Assembly (NCBI GenBank): GCA_038496445.1
Contig: JALMLS010000041.1
Location: 1-36,957 of the forward strand
Direction of reading: 5' to 3'
Length of the DNA stretch: 36,957 bases
DNA from: Trichosphaerium sp. ATCC 40318
Taxonomy: Eukaryota > Protista > Tubulinea
This document shows positions 23,401 through 33,500 of the stretch, piece after piece (positions within the stretch are counted from its first letter, which is position 1; each line of letters starts with the position of its first letter). A program made the translations under genes and the position numbers. Under the pieces are notes generated by a model. That model was given only the letters and a program-made list of their open reading frames with translations. It had not been told where the DNA came from and ran no database searches.

Positions 23401-26157
23401 ATCGAGAGCGTCATCTATGCGAGGAAGAGGGTAGACATCACGCTTAGTGACGCCGTTAAGCTGTCTGTAATCGATACAGAATCTCAGCTTTCCGTTTGAC
23501 TTTGGAACCACAACGATTGGAGCGGCCCAAGGAGAGGTAGAAGGTCTGATCAATCCACGTGACTTGTAAGATTCAATAAACTCTTCAATAAACTTGCGAT
23601 ACTTTGGAGGAAAGCGTCTTGGTGGCTGTCCTTTAGGTGATGCATCGCCAGTGTCGATGGTAAGCTTCACTTTCGTTTCACGTGGAGCTTCGATTTCTTC
23701 TTCAAATCTATCTGAATAAGTCGCCAAGAGCTTTGTAGCTTTTCGTAACTGCTCTGCTGTCAAAGAGCTGTCATCTAGCGAGAAAAGAGATTGAATATGT
23801 CTCAATTCTTCTTCTGTCGGAGCAGGAAGACTTGAATCGTCACAACCAACTTCAGTAGTAGCAGAGACGGAAGGTACGTCAGAACTAACCTCTTCAGACT
23901 TTACAGAGTTAAGTTTAGTATCTGACGAAGCTGACGCTTCATCAGAACTTGAACAAACAACTGAGCCGTCTTCTGTGGAAGTAGCTGAGTCGCTTAGGTC
24001 AGCTGATCGTACAGTAGAGGAAGCAGCAAAATTCACCGACGCATCTGGTAAATCTTTGCGAGTTTTAGCCGAGAGGCAACTAATCTGTGTAGTTGCGCGC
24101 AAAGGTTTAAAGAGCCCAACTCTTTCGCCAGCGTGAAGGTAGATGGAGCGATTAGATAAGTTGGTAGCTTGCAAATAAGCCCTCCGTTTATCTATTGTGT
24201 TTAGAACACAGGCTCCAGCCAATCCTTCATTAGCTAGGCGTTTCGAGAGGTTAGCTACCCCAGTCAACCCTTGGCGCACCTTTGTAGTTAGAGCCAACAC
24301 CACCGTCTCGTTTGGATAGACCACCACGTCATCCTCAGCACGTAAAACAGATTGTTTAAGATCTTTATCTGGAATATACGGTTTGTTGATAAGAGGAATC
24401 TCGAAATGATCGTTCACCAATAATATACTTCTTTGTGGGAATATACCGATGTTGTGTTGCCGTAGAATATCATTTCCCAGTATACAGATATCACTGAGTT
24501 CGTCAGCGACCAGGAAGGAGGCGTTCACAACAATGTTAGGCGCCAAGGAGAGTTGTAAAGGAGAGGTTCGATTCTTGAATTTAACCGTTCCTCCGCTAGC
24601 TACCGTGCCAGTCACGTTAGCTTCTTCAAGAGAGTATGGAGGACTGATAAGGTTCAGAGCACATGCCAAGATAACGGATTGATCTGCACCCGTGTCCACC
24701 AAAGCTGTAATCGGAGTGCCGTTGATACGCACTTCGACATAATTCTGTCCAGCAGGCATACGTTCGGTAGGGATAGCCTGAGCACGTAGGTCAAAGTTTG
24801 GAGGGTAATATGGAGAAAGAGGAGTATCGTAACGCGACATCCCAGCTTGAATGTCGTAATCCATCGGGCAGTTAGCGGATACGGTTGGTTTCATCAGTTC
24901 GGCTTCCAATTCTTCATCTGTAAGCGGCGTCGAGAGTGAGTTGAGTTTGGTCGTCGTTGGCTTCTTTCTGCATTGAGCGGTTGTATGTGCGCACCAATAG
25001 CCGTGGTGATCGCACCATTTGTTGACCGAGTTATTGGAGGAATCTGGACATTTGTTTTTGTCCAAACATTTATCGCGAGGAATACGAGGCGGTTGATTAG
25101 AAGCATTTGTATTCGGTTTGTAAGGCTTCTTGGTCGGAGTAGTCTTTGTAGGACCTTTGATTCGTTGAATACGCTTTTGATTACGCGCAATTCGGGCTAA
25201 ACCTTCTTCTACGTGTATAGCAGCACGGACGGCTTCTTCCCAAGTGTTGAATTCGTTGGCGGAGAGATTACAATATAACTGTCGTTGAATATCATCTCGA
25301 AGATTATCCGTGAACGATTCGATCTGTGAGAAACCGTCTAGGGGAAGGTGAGCGAAGGCAGCTTTAGAACTTTTTTCAGCGGCGTATTCTCGAACGGATA
25401 AAGATCCTTGGTAGAAATGACGGAATTCTTGACGGAATCTTCGACCATCTCCAGAGCTGCTATAGAACTTTTGTAATTCGATAAGGATCTTATCGGCGGT
25501 AACTTGTTGTCCTCTGAATTTACCACGATACCACATGCCAGCATGACCAATAAGATTGTCTTCGATAAAAGAAACTCGCATACCGTCGGTCATGAAAACT
25601 TTTGAGCAACGCGTACGGAGATCTTGGATCCAAACGTTGACGTTCTGAGTTTTATCGCCAGTGAACGGTGTGAATTTCTGTTCCAGGTTGGAGATCATGG
25701 GAACGAAAGGAGGAGCAGTGTTTTGTTGAGGTACGTCATCACCGTACATATCATCATCGAGCATTTGACCGGTAAGCAGGCTTTCTTGTTCTTCTTTAAA
25801 TAATTTGGTATATGCTTCGTTGAAGAATCGGCTTGCTTCTGTTTGTAGTTCTTTGACGTACGCCTTCTTTTCTTCTTTTGTTGCTTCTTTACCAGGATCG
25901 ATTATAATATCTTCAGCCGATTTCTTGGCCTGCATTTGTAGGCGAGCAAGTTGTGTTGCTGAAATTTCAGGAATAGGAACAGACTTAGCTTGGCGGCGTT
26001 TGGTTCTTTCTTCCGATCGAGGAGTGACAAAGGAGGGAGTTGAAGGGTAGGCGGTTGTTTCGAATCTACGAGATTGTCGACGTGCTGTTTCAGCGATTTC
26101 GGCTTGTAGAGCTTGAATCTGGTGCTTCATGGCTGATACTGAGTTTCCACCTGACAT
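20401..26157 (-). CDS. gag-pol: Gag-Pol polyprotein, single frame, 1918 aa
   Basis: Capsid-like Gag, zinc knuckle, protease ALVDTGAD, RT YMDD, RNase H LHTDASDYGIGAAL, integrase HHCC + D,D(35)E (ADLI/SDQG/LVERFN) and a GPY/F-like YEGAFTI motif. Confidence 0.97.
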   Translation of the reverse strand: MSGGNSVSAMKHQIQALQAEIAETARRQSRRFETTAYPSTPSFVTPRSEERTKRRQAKSVPIPEISATQLARLQMQAKKSAEDIIIDPGKEATKEEKKAYVKELQTEASRFFNEAYTKLFKEEQESLLTGQMLDDDMYGDDVPQQNTAPPFVPMISNLEQKFTPFTGDKTQNVNVWIQDLRTRCSKVFMTDGMRVSFIEDNLIGHAGMWYRGKFRGQQVTADKILIELQKFYSSSGDGRRFRQEFRHFYQGSLSVREYAAEKSSKAAFAHLPLDGFSQIESFTDNLRDDIQRQLYCNLSANEFNTWEEAVRAAIHVEEGLARIARNQKRIQRIKGPTKTTPTKKPYKPNTNASNQPPRIPRDKCLDKNKCPDSSNNSVNKWCDHHGYWCAHTTAQCRKKPTTTKLNSLSTPLTDEELEAELMKPTVSANCPMDYDIQAGMSRYDTPLSPYYPPNFDLRAQAIPTERMPAGQNYVEVRINGTPITALVDTGADQSVILACALNLISPPYSLEEANVTGTVASGGTVKFKNRTSPLQLSLAPNIVVNASFLVADELSDICILGNDILRQHNIGIFPQRSILLVNDHFEIPLINKPYIPDKDLKQSVLRAEDDVVVYPNETVVLALTTKVRQGLTGVANLSKRLANEGLAGACVLNTIDKRRAYLQATNLSNRSIYLHAGERVGLFKPLRATTQISCLSAKTRKDLPDASVNFAASSTVRSADLSDSATSTEDGSVVCSSSDEASASSDTKLNSVKSEEVSSDVPSVSATTEVGCDDSSLPAPTEEELRHIQSLFSLDDSSLTAEQLRKATKLLATYSDRFEEEIEAPRETKVKLTIDTGDASPKGQPPRRFPPKYRKFIEEFIESYKSRGLIRPSTSPWAAPIVVVPKSNGKLRFCIDYRQLNGVTKRDVYPLPRIDDALDALSGSTLFSTMDATSGFHQLEMDKDSIEKTAFIDQTGLYEWLVMPFGLTNAPPTWQRYMNLVLAGLTWKMCLVYMDDVIVPSVTFEEHLVRLEAVLKRFRYYNVTLKPSKCHFFKTSVDYLGYIVSVDGIKPNPSKIKDVLNTKEPTEPKDIQQFLGLVNYYAQFVPNLATKAAPLRALLKKGAQWQWLDKEIEAFSAIKLALTTSPCLAYPDFSKPFELHTDASDYGIGAALVQKQDDGTEKVISYYSRSLNGAQQRYCTTMKEVLAIVTAVKKFRVYLLSQHFTVYSDHSALQWFYRHKNPDSKMVRWSIFLSQYNYTIKHRAGKKNSDADALSRSPIVQNPGMAIYTTRLRSFKVPTEPMLKTYYAQRQDSELRLLIEFLNCPKAFVGYDKYERLTKQSVNLFLDDYGILRRRWTPTKAQLADNTEKIQLVVPHSIRHDILSSMHDDALSGHLGIDKTYLRVLLKYWWPGVKRDVLFWIKSCNLCQTGKVKRQAKAGAPMGTVKASYPFQVIAADLITALPETKHGNKNILCVVDYFTRFAVVVPIPDKSSSTVARVLYERVISQYGAPQVFLSDQGGEFVKHVQELMAIINVDKRRTSAYHPQCDGLVERFNSTLIQSVKMYCNDEQNDWDDYLPAATFAYNTAVHSELKETPFFILHGFRAVQPVDQALGVIPTSKIQSQYLKKVAKTLKVAREKALEARNIAHERQAKRYNSKHRQVSFNVGDKVIKLRDKPFDYGQPEKLSFAYEGAFTIYKVLSPVTYLLCDWNGDVLESAFHVSKLLPYNDPLDRMYGIEDSPVAAATGLTVDDVPKGVVGSDNRDASVGGRKQLTGPQIGLNTADTLDSQVHIHDKVVHSDSCTNLVQSLPSSMDLTTSEATNNPVVSTSSRSVQPTPRYPTRSRAKQPGDAFKMALCNMLEDVVGRQANNAFTNKVFLQYYYSLMDLLTSAHSPFVTSFKRKEHFRQQMLGVYNASDFIQFLKVLVEHFGDVFKYELK

Positions 26158-26369
26158 TGTGTGAAGACGTGATAATAGAAAACTTCAAAAAGGAATTGTA
26201 TGTAAAGCAGTAATGACGTAGCTATTATGGAGGGCGTTTTCTACCAGCCCACAAGTATTTTGGCAAAGCTACGGTTACGACGTATAGTTTCTCCCACACC
26301 AAGCAAAGTGCGTGAGTAGTTTGTGTAAACAGGAAGTCTCGGGAGGAGACGCAAAGGTATAAAAATAAT

Positions 26370-26383
26370 GATCGTGTCGCCAA
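26370..26383 (-). other. Primer-binding site
   Basis: Minus strand TTGGCGACACGATC directly follows the 5' LTR; TGG complements tRNA CCA. The tRNA species was not assigned. Confidence 0.7.
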
Positions 26384-26762
26384 TGTAAGAGATGTTGTAA
26401 CGCTTGTAGAATTAGTTAAATCTGTTTATTACATGAACGTGTTACAAGGTCTTTAATGAGCGTTTCTAGTAAGTGAGTGTATCTCGTGGCGTGTGAAACA
26501 TCTTGAATAGACTTCGAGTTACTTCGTGAACAGGTTTCGTGATAATAACATTCCAATAGACTATAGACATCGATAATGGTTTACATAGTCTACACGAAGC
26601 ATCACGGAACTAATATGGGAACGATTAGTCAATTTACACGAACCCAGAAATAGCGAATAAGGAAAGAGTAAGAGCGTGAAACTTTCACAGAATAATAACG
26701 AATAGACCATGAATATGTAAGTGTAATCCATGTGCGTTATCACGTGACGCATGTATATGACA
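26384..26762 (-). repeat. 5' LTR
   Basis: 379 bp, identical by eye to 19996-20374. Confidence 0.95.
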
Positions 26763-26798
26763 GTTACGGCGAGGAAATTTTTTGTTACGGCGAGGGAG

Positions 26799-27734
26799 TT
26801 TATTGGCAAACTCAAGATATTTTCCAGGTAATTTTAATGGTTTGTTTGATGAGAACCAATCAATCCATTTCCCTTGACCCCAACCAAACAAACAACCTTC
26901 ATCATCAATCGCAAATGATGAACTCTCACCAGCATGTACAGATTTGATGTTGTTGAGTCCTTTGATGATACCCTGGCCATATGTGTCATCAATACCCAAC
27001 CCAAGATACCCATACAAGTTGTGTCCAAAAGAAAATACTTGTCCTGACTTGAGAAGAACAAGTACATGCCCAATACCAATGGCAATATCAGTGGCATCAT
27101 CAATACTTGGAACACGTGAAATTGTCTTTGGTTTCAAGAATAATGATTTATCTCTTGCATCTCTTGTTGTTCCCCAAAGAAAGACATGACCTGTTGACGT
27201 CATTGCTCCACTTACACAACAATTAGTTTGAATTTTTTGAACATTTTGAAGATTTGGAATAACCGCTGGTGATGAAACTTTCAACTTGTCGAATGAATGA
27301 CCCAATCCTTGATATCTGTTGTATCCCCAAGAGTAGACATGACCTGATTTTGATAACGCCATACTCACACATAAGGCAGAGACGTTCGTGATATTGTTGA
27401 GATTTGGAACACGTGTTGGTGACGAAACAGGTGACGCAAAGTGACCCAGACCCAATGAGCCATCTAAATTATAACCCCATGCATACACAATACCGTTTGA
27501 ATCAACTGCAAGGCTATGATAGCATCCAGCAGCAATACAGGCGATATTTATGACTGATTTTATTGGTCTTGCGATAGAACTCGAGAATTCATCTGTATTA
27601 CCCAATTGGCGGTTATCGTTTCGTCCCCACGTGTAAACAAAGCCATCGTCTGCGATTACCATTGAATGGTTTAAACCAGTGGCCAAACGGTTAACATATT
27701 GTAAATTAGTATCTAAAGTCTGAGGTTCTGCCAT
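26799..27734 (-). pseudogene. 5' half of RCC1-linker-SAM-like gene 1 (RCC1/BLIP-II propeller repeats), interrupted by the transposon
   Basis: RCC1 repeats (AAGCYHSLAVDSNGIVYAWGYNLDGSLGLG etc.). The native frame ends at KYLEFANK, and the ORF tail to 26685 is TIR/LTR read-through. Confidence 0.9.
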
Positions 27735-28199
27735 GATTCGCGTTTTAGGTCTTGACTGAATACTGTTCCATTTTTGTCAATGACGAAAAAACACGGTCGT
27801 TTTTTTTTGGTCATCATAATTTTTGAATTCAGTAGAGTACTGAATGTTGCAAGTACAGTTTTACAAACTGTGAATTGTGTTGTTACGGTGGTAGAAGTGT
27901 TTACAGCTATGTGGCATGTTCAAGTGTTTTCTTGTCCACATCAAGAATAGATACTTTGCCAAGAATTCTTGCTGTACCTTTAATTCGTGTTGTAGTAAAC
28001 TACGATATTGTCAGACAAATCCAATCGTCAATAGCCAAGCATTGATTCACTTTTCTTACTTTCGTTGTGGGGTCTTATGCACTAATACCGCCCGTCCAGG
28101 ACAACTGAGCAACCATACGTTCTTGATATCTAACATAAATGAGGCTAGATTTTCAACAAGCACTTCATTTGTAACTTTTTTATTTGTATTTGTGGGCAT

Positions 28200-30105
28200 T
28201 TACATGTTTTTATCTTTGTACTCGAAAAAGTCTACACGTTCGCTTACAGTGAACCCAAGTTTCTTCAAAATCTCACCTGAGATTTCGTTCATTTCAACAC
28301 ACAACCTATCTAATTTAGATCCAAGCTCATGCGCTCTTGGTTGATCAAACCCAGCTGATATCAATCTCTTAATCCATTTGGAGGTTTCAACATTTACTGT
28401 TTTTGTCTCAGGTAAGAATGGTGTTATCAAAGAGCGCTAGAATAAAATAGGAATGAGCAAACGTAATCTATACTTGTATGTTGGAAAGGGTTGTACATTG
28501 GCGAGGTTGACGGACTTATTATCATTGTTCATCCAAGACAGTGTTGATACAAGTTCACTTGCGTTAATTGAAGCATTTTTTCGACAAGATTCAGTGTCGT
28601 TCGACAAAGACTCATCAACCTTTGTATGATGGTAAGTGATTTTACCCAAAAACAGAAATTAGTACTTGTGTGTTGTCATTACTGTGTTCTGTTGATTGTT
28701 CTTCTTGTCTGGCTCGGATGTAGTCACAAGCATTTGCTAGTATATCAAGGTCTTGTTTGGTTTCTCCAAACCTCTTAGGCACATCTCTTGTACCATCTCG
28801 TGATGTGAACATCTCTTCAGGTGGACGTACTTTTAGTGACAACTTATCAAATGGAGGCTGACGTTCTAGTGCCTAAACACGTGTTTAGTTCTAAGATGAG
28901 CATAAAATATGAACTGCAGTACATTCAATTGTTGAGATGTTTCTTGGTCTTCAGATGTGCTTCCTCTCATTACCAAAGTGTGATCGGCTTGTATTGCAAT
29001 AGAACAATGTTGTTTAGTGGCGAACTCAAGATATTTTCCAGATAATTTTAAAGGTTTGTTTGATGAGAACTTCTCCATCCATTCACCTTCGCCCCAGCCA
29101 TATAAATGTCCTTGAATATTAATAGCATAAGATGCGTAGGGACTAGCATTGACAGAGACAATGCTATTGAGTCCTTTGATGATACCCTTTCCAAGCTTTG
29201 TATCTACACCTAACCCAAGTCGCCCTCGATTGTTGTCTCCAAAGGAAAACACTTGTCCTGACTTGAGGAGAACAAGCACGTGATAATGTCCAATGGCAAT
29301 ATCAGTGGCATCCGAGATGTTTTCTACACGTGATATTGTATTTGTTTTCAAGAATAAGGCATTGTTTATATCATTGTAGCGAGTCTTTCCCCAAAGAAAG
29401 ACATGACCTGATTTTGTTATTGCTCCACAAACGAAAGAGTTCGTGCTGATTTTTACAACGTTTTGTAGACTCTGAATACGTTTTGGTGTATGAACTCTTG
29501 TTTCTTTGTAAGAGTGAGCTAATCTCCCGTTAAAGTTGTATCCCCAAGAGTAGACATGACCTGATGTTGATAACGCCATACTCACATATATGGCTGCGAC
29601 TTGAGTGATATGATTGAGGTTTAGTACTTGCGTCGGTGTTGAGATAGGTGACTTGAAATGGCCTAGACCTAATTCTCCATCTTCGTTGCGTCCCCACGAA
29701 TAAACAATACCACTTGCAGCAGTAGCAAGGCTATGGTTTTGACCAGCTGCAATGCATACGATATTAACAAGTGAATTTATTGGATGAAGTATGGGCGTTA
29801 TCCTTTGTTCGATATTTCCTAGTGATACTCAACAAGGATAATCTTTTGATAAACTATTTCTAAAAACGCCCACAAAAACTTTTTAGGAAGGCGTACGTGA
29901 TTTTTTTTTTGGATGAATTTTTATTCGCAAATATAAGTTATTAATAATACTCACTGTTGTTATCTTCGTTGGTTTGGTATCGCCACACGTGAACTGAACC
30001 GTTATGTGTGATAGCCATTAAATGCCCTCCAGCAGCTAAATGCCTACCACTAGCCAAAAGGTTACCGTAGTTTACATTAGGGTTCTTAAAATGCAGTTCA
30101 GCCAT
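28200..30105 (-). CDS. RCC1-linker-SAM-like gene 2, apparently intact, 4 introns
   Basis: ATG at 30105 (MAELHFKNPNVNYGNLLASG), intron 29819-29954, RCC1 repeats through ORF 28866-29585, then three phase-0 GTAC-AG introns joining ALERQ...KRFGETKQDLDILANA, VDESLS... and the SAM-like exon 28200-28430. Confidence 0.85.
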
Positions 30106-30503
30106 AAATGCTGCGTTGTGAGGTAAATACTGCGGAAATTGTTAAACTTAAGAATGAACTTAACCTCAGCTAACGGTCATTGAACAAGAGTGAGACCCTT
30201 GCAAAGCAGGCTCTGTACATTACTTCCTAAGTTAGCGCTAAACAGTTTCCAACTAAATCACTTCGCAACGTCAGTTTACGACCTTAGAAGAAATTATGTT
30301 TTTAGCCGTTAGCCCTCATCAGCAACTGCTTTGATATTGTTAAGAACCTCGCTATGTATGTTGTGATAGCTTTATTAGTTCATTGACTTGTACTCAGCGT
30401 TGGTCAATTCAAAGATACAACCAAATACTATTCTGACAAGTTATTTGAATTTTTTTTTGTGCACGTGAGCATTATCAAAAAAAATCTATACAAACAACAT
30501 CAC

Positions 30504-33500
30504 ATGGCCGAACAGAGGTAAGTATTATCGTTAAAAACTTTCAATTACGCGTTTGTAATTCCATACTAACACGATTGTGACCTCTAGGGTGGAGTTTAGC
30601 ATTTACCCAAGTCTACGAAAGTGGGAGGATGCTCAATGCTTCCCAAATGAGGTTCGATTAAACCGTAAGACGACTAGATGGAACATTGTGCATATTACCG
30701 TGCGTTTAGTAAAAAAAAAGTACTATTGACGTAATAATGATAGATATGGGGTTGTGACGCGCAAAGTAAGCTAGTAGAGTTGAATTTGATCCCTACAGGT
30801 TCAATTGTGAATGATGCCGTTACAAGGCGTTGGCAAGTATATAAACGCGGTAGAAAGGCTGCTTCTAAAGAATTGAGGTACGTTAAAGACGATACTATCA
30901 AGTTTGGCTAGAACGCGGTTAATTTAACTCTCACGGTCGTTAGAAAATGGAAACTAGTACGTGATGGCGATAAAATATCAATTTCTTGCCTTGTCTCGTT
31001 TGGAAGCGCCAGTTATCAAGATATATGGGTAAAAAACAACAAGGGGGGCATTGTCGCTATGGTACGCGTTTGATTTGAAGGCTGCAGGTGGAATTCTACG
31101 CACTTTATGATTTTTTGAATAAAAATTTCGATATTTCTGTCTAACTGATTGCTAGCTTCGTGCGGACTTGAAACTAGCGAATAGTGATGGACCACATGTG
31201 TTATTATCGCAGGAAATCATTGTACAACGGGTACGTTAGATGGCAATCCATTTCTCCACGTTTTTTTTTTTGAAAAGTATTTTTTCCTGTATTTTTGCTG
31301 CTTAGTTTAATACTTTCTTTTTATAGTTCAAGGAAGGAGTTAAAGCGCCAAGTACTGTAAGTATACTTTATAATGCTTACTGAATGAGTGCATTAACTCG
31401 TTTTAGAAAAAAAGAGCACTGGAAGAGAGTAAAGCGACAGATGGATCAGGACTTATTTTCGTAGACGAGAGACCTGCTAAGCGAGTCCATAAGGACATAG
31501 AACTCGATGTTATGATAGATGCATCAACTAGGGAGTCACTTCTGGCTAATGTGGAACCGTTAGATGGAATAGAACAAGATTTCAGTCCAGAAGTAACTTA
31601 TATTGAAGAAAACGCTACTAACCTTGTGGCTTATGGTACAAACTTGTTATTACTTCTATCGCTTGTTTGGCTTCCTACGGGACCTGATGTTTTTTAGCAA
31701 AGCAAATGGATAAAGGTGGAGTTGAGGATCAGTGGCATATAGGAAACTCTGTACTTGAGAGACTAGCAAATGCTTGGGATGATCTAAAACTCAGAAAGCA
31801 AATTGAAAAAGAATTGACTTTACCATCCAATGGAGACTATATGGATACCTTTGAGCCTATGGAAAATCGTGTGCCATGGATGGGAGGATCTACTAATAAA
31901 GCTGGCGTGGTACGTTAATGCTTGAAATCTACACGTGGGTCAGAACGTCTCATTAACTCCAGCCTTTTTTTTTACTTTTTTTTATTTACATTAACTTCAG
32001 GCGTTTGGCGCGTTTGCTGTTTTGGTAATCGTCGTACTCATAGGAAGTGTTGCGTATATGTCACTAAAGGCTGTATGTATGAATTTTCAGAAAAGAAGAT
32101 GCTTAGTTGGTTGACAATTCCTCTAGGACGAAGGACCGAAACCTCCATCTGTTGACAATCAATTCTCGAATGAAACTAAAGTTATGATACGTGTTACATT
32201 ACAAAGACAGATGTTGGTCTTGGCGGGACCGTTTATAAAGGAAGTGAGTTTTAATGATACTATAATAAGTGTAACTGCTACTGAAATTGGTACACTGATA
32301 CTTACTTCTAATGGTGTCTCTCAATCGCTTATATTACAAAAACAAGGTAAAAATATTTTATGGCTTTTCAAATATCTTCTTCTGCTTGTACCTGACTCTG
32401 AACTTTAGATAAGACTTCTAAGACAATCCACAAGTTTAACCATACAAGATACCTTGAGATTTATTCGCGTGGTGGTTATATAGCTGTTATAAGAAACTAC
32501 ACTCGGTACTATCTCTTGTTTCTTTTTCTTGGCCTTTTTTTTTTTAACTTTCTTTTTCTTTCAGCAAGTTTCTATATTGTTCAGGTGTTCTAGAACATTG
32601 CGTTCTGCGCGAAGTAAATGATACATGGTCTGATGATGTAGAAAATATACAATACAGTTCACAACAAAACGCATTATATGCGTTAGTATCATCAAAGACT
32701 ATCAAACACGAGGTACGTTAAAAACTTTGACTCACTTCAAACAAATCACAGAAAATGTTCTTCTTCTTACTTCCTACTGAACGCTTAAGACCCTGATTTA
32801 TGCTTTAACCAACATACTATTGAACCGCAGAATTTTTATAGCGCTTATTTTTTATTGAACCTAACACGTGTTTAGTCAAAATTATATCTATTTTCTGGGC
32901 ACAAATGGGTTGAGGAAACAAAAAACCCTTCTACCGATATTTTTGTCCCATTTTCTCGTACGTATATAAAAAAGCTACATCCGTGTATGGTATCTAATTG
33001 ATAAACCTATAGGCAATATAATCGCTGCGCAGAATAATTCAGACAACACGACGAAGCAGCTTGTTTATAAAGACATTGAGTTGACACTTCCTTTCAAACC
33101 GTCTATGGTTTCTCTACATACATATGACAACTATGTATATGCTATAGCTGAAAAAGATGGAATGAATAGTATATGGAAGATTGAAATTTTATTGAAACAT
33201 TTGGTACATTCAATCAACAACTGTCCTGTTTTTTTTTCTTGTTTTTTTCGCAATACCCAAAAAAAGTGAAGAATTAGAAACTCTTAAGATTGGGTATTGT
33301 CACTTTTGCTGAAAGAATTTTCTTTAAATTATACACATTGTTATTTCTTGAAAGTATTAAGCGCTTGTGATGTCCTACAATGAAGTTAGAGTTAAACCTT
33401 TACCTTAAACGTTTTTTTTTTTTTTTTTTTTGTCCACTCACACTTAGGGCCTTACGCTTATTTCAACAACAAACACTTATATTTTCTACAGAAGACAAAG

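Larger units (their letters stand above)
19996..26762 (-). mobile_element. Intact Ty3/gypsy LTR retrotransposon, 6767 bp
   Basis: Two 379-bp TG...CA LTRs, a 5-bp TSD GTTAC (19991-19995, 26763-26767), PBS, PPT and an uninterrupted gag-pol with PR-RT-RH-IN order. Confidence 0.97.
17862..26798 (-). mobile_element. piggyBac-like DNA transposon (~2.17 kb without the nested retrotransposon)
   Basis: Perfect 36-bp TIRs CTCCCTCGCCGTAACAAAAAATTTCCTCGCCGTAAC (17862-17897 and reverse complement 26763-26798). TTTAT is duplicated at 17857-17861 and 26799-26803. Internal transposase relic. Confidence 0.9.

Noticed and set aside
26685-26798. C-terminus LPRRNKKFPRRNCHIH... of the 349-aa RCC1 ORF, and the N-terminus of ORF 17701-17967
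   Set aside because: Read-through into TIR/LTR or transposon sequence, not native protein.
20173-26815. 70-84 aa hydrophobic ORFs in the LTRs and small ORFs overlapping gag-pol as env or accessory genes
   Set aside because: They are short, lie within LTRs or alternate frames, and have no recognisable motifs.
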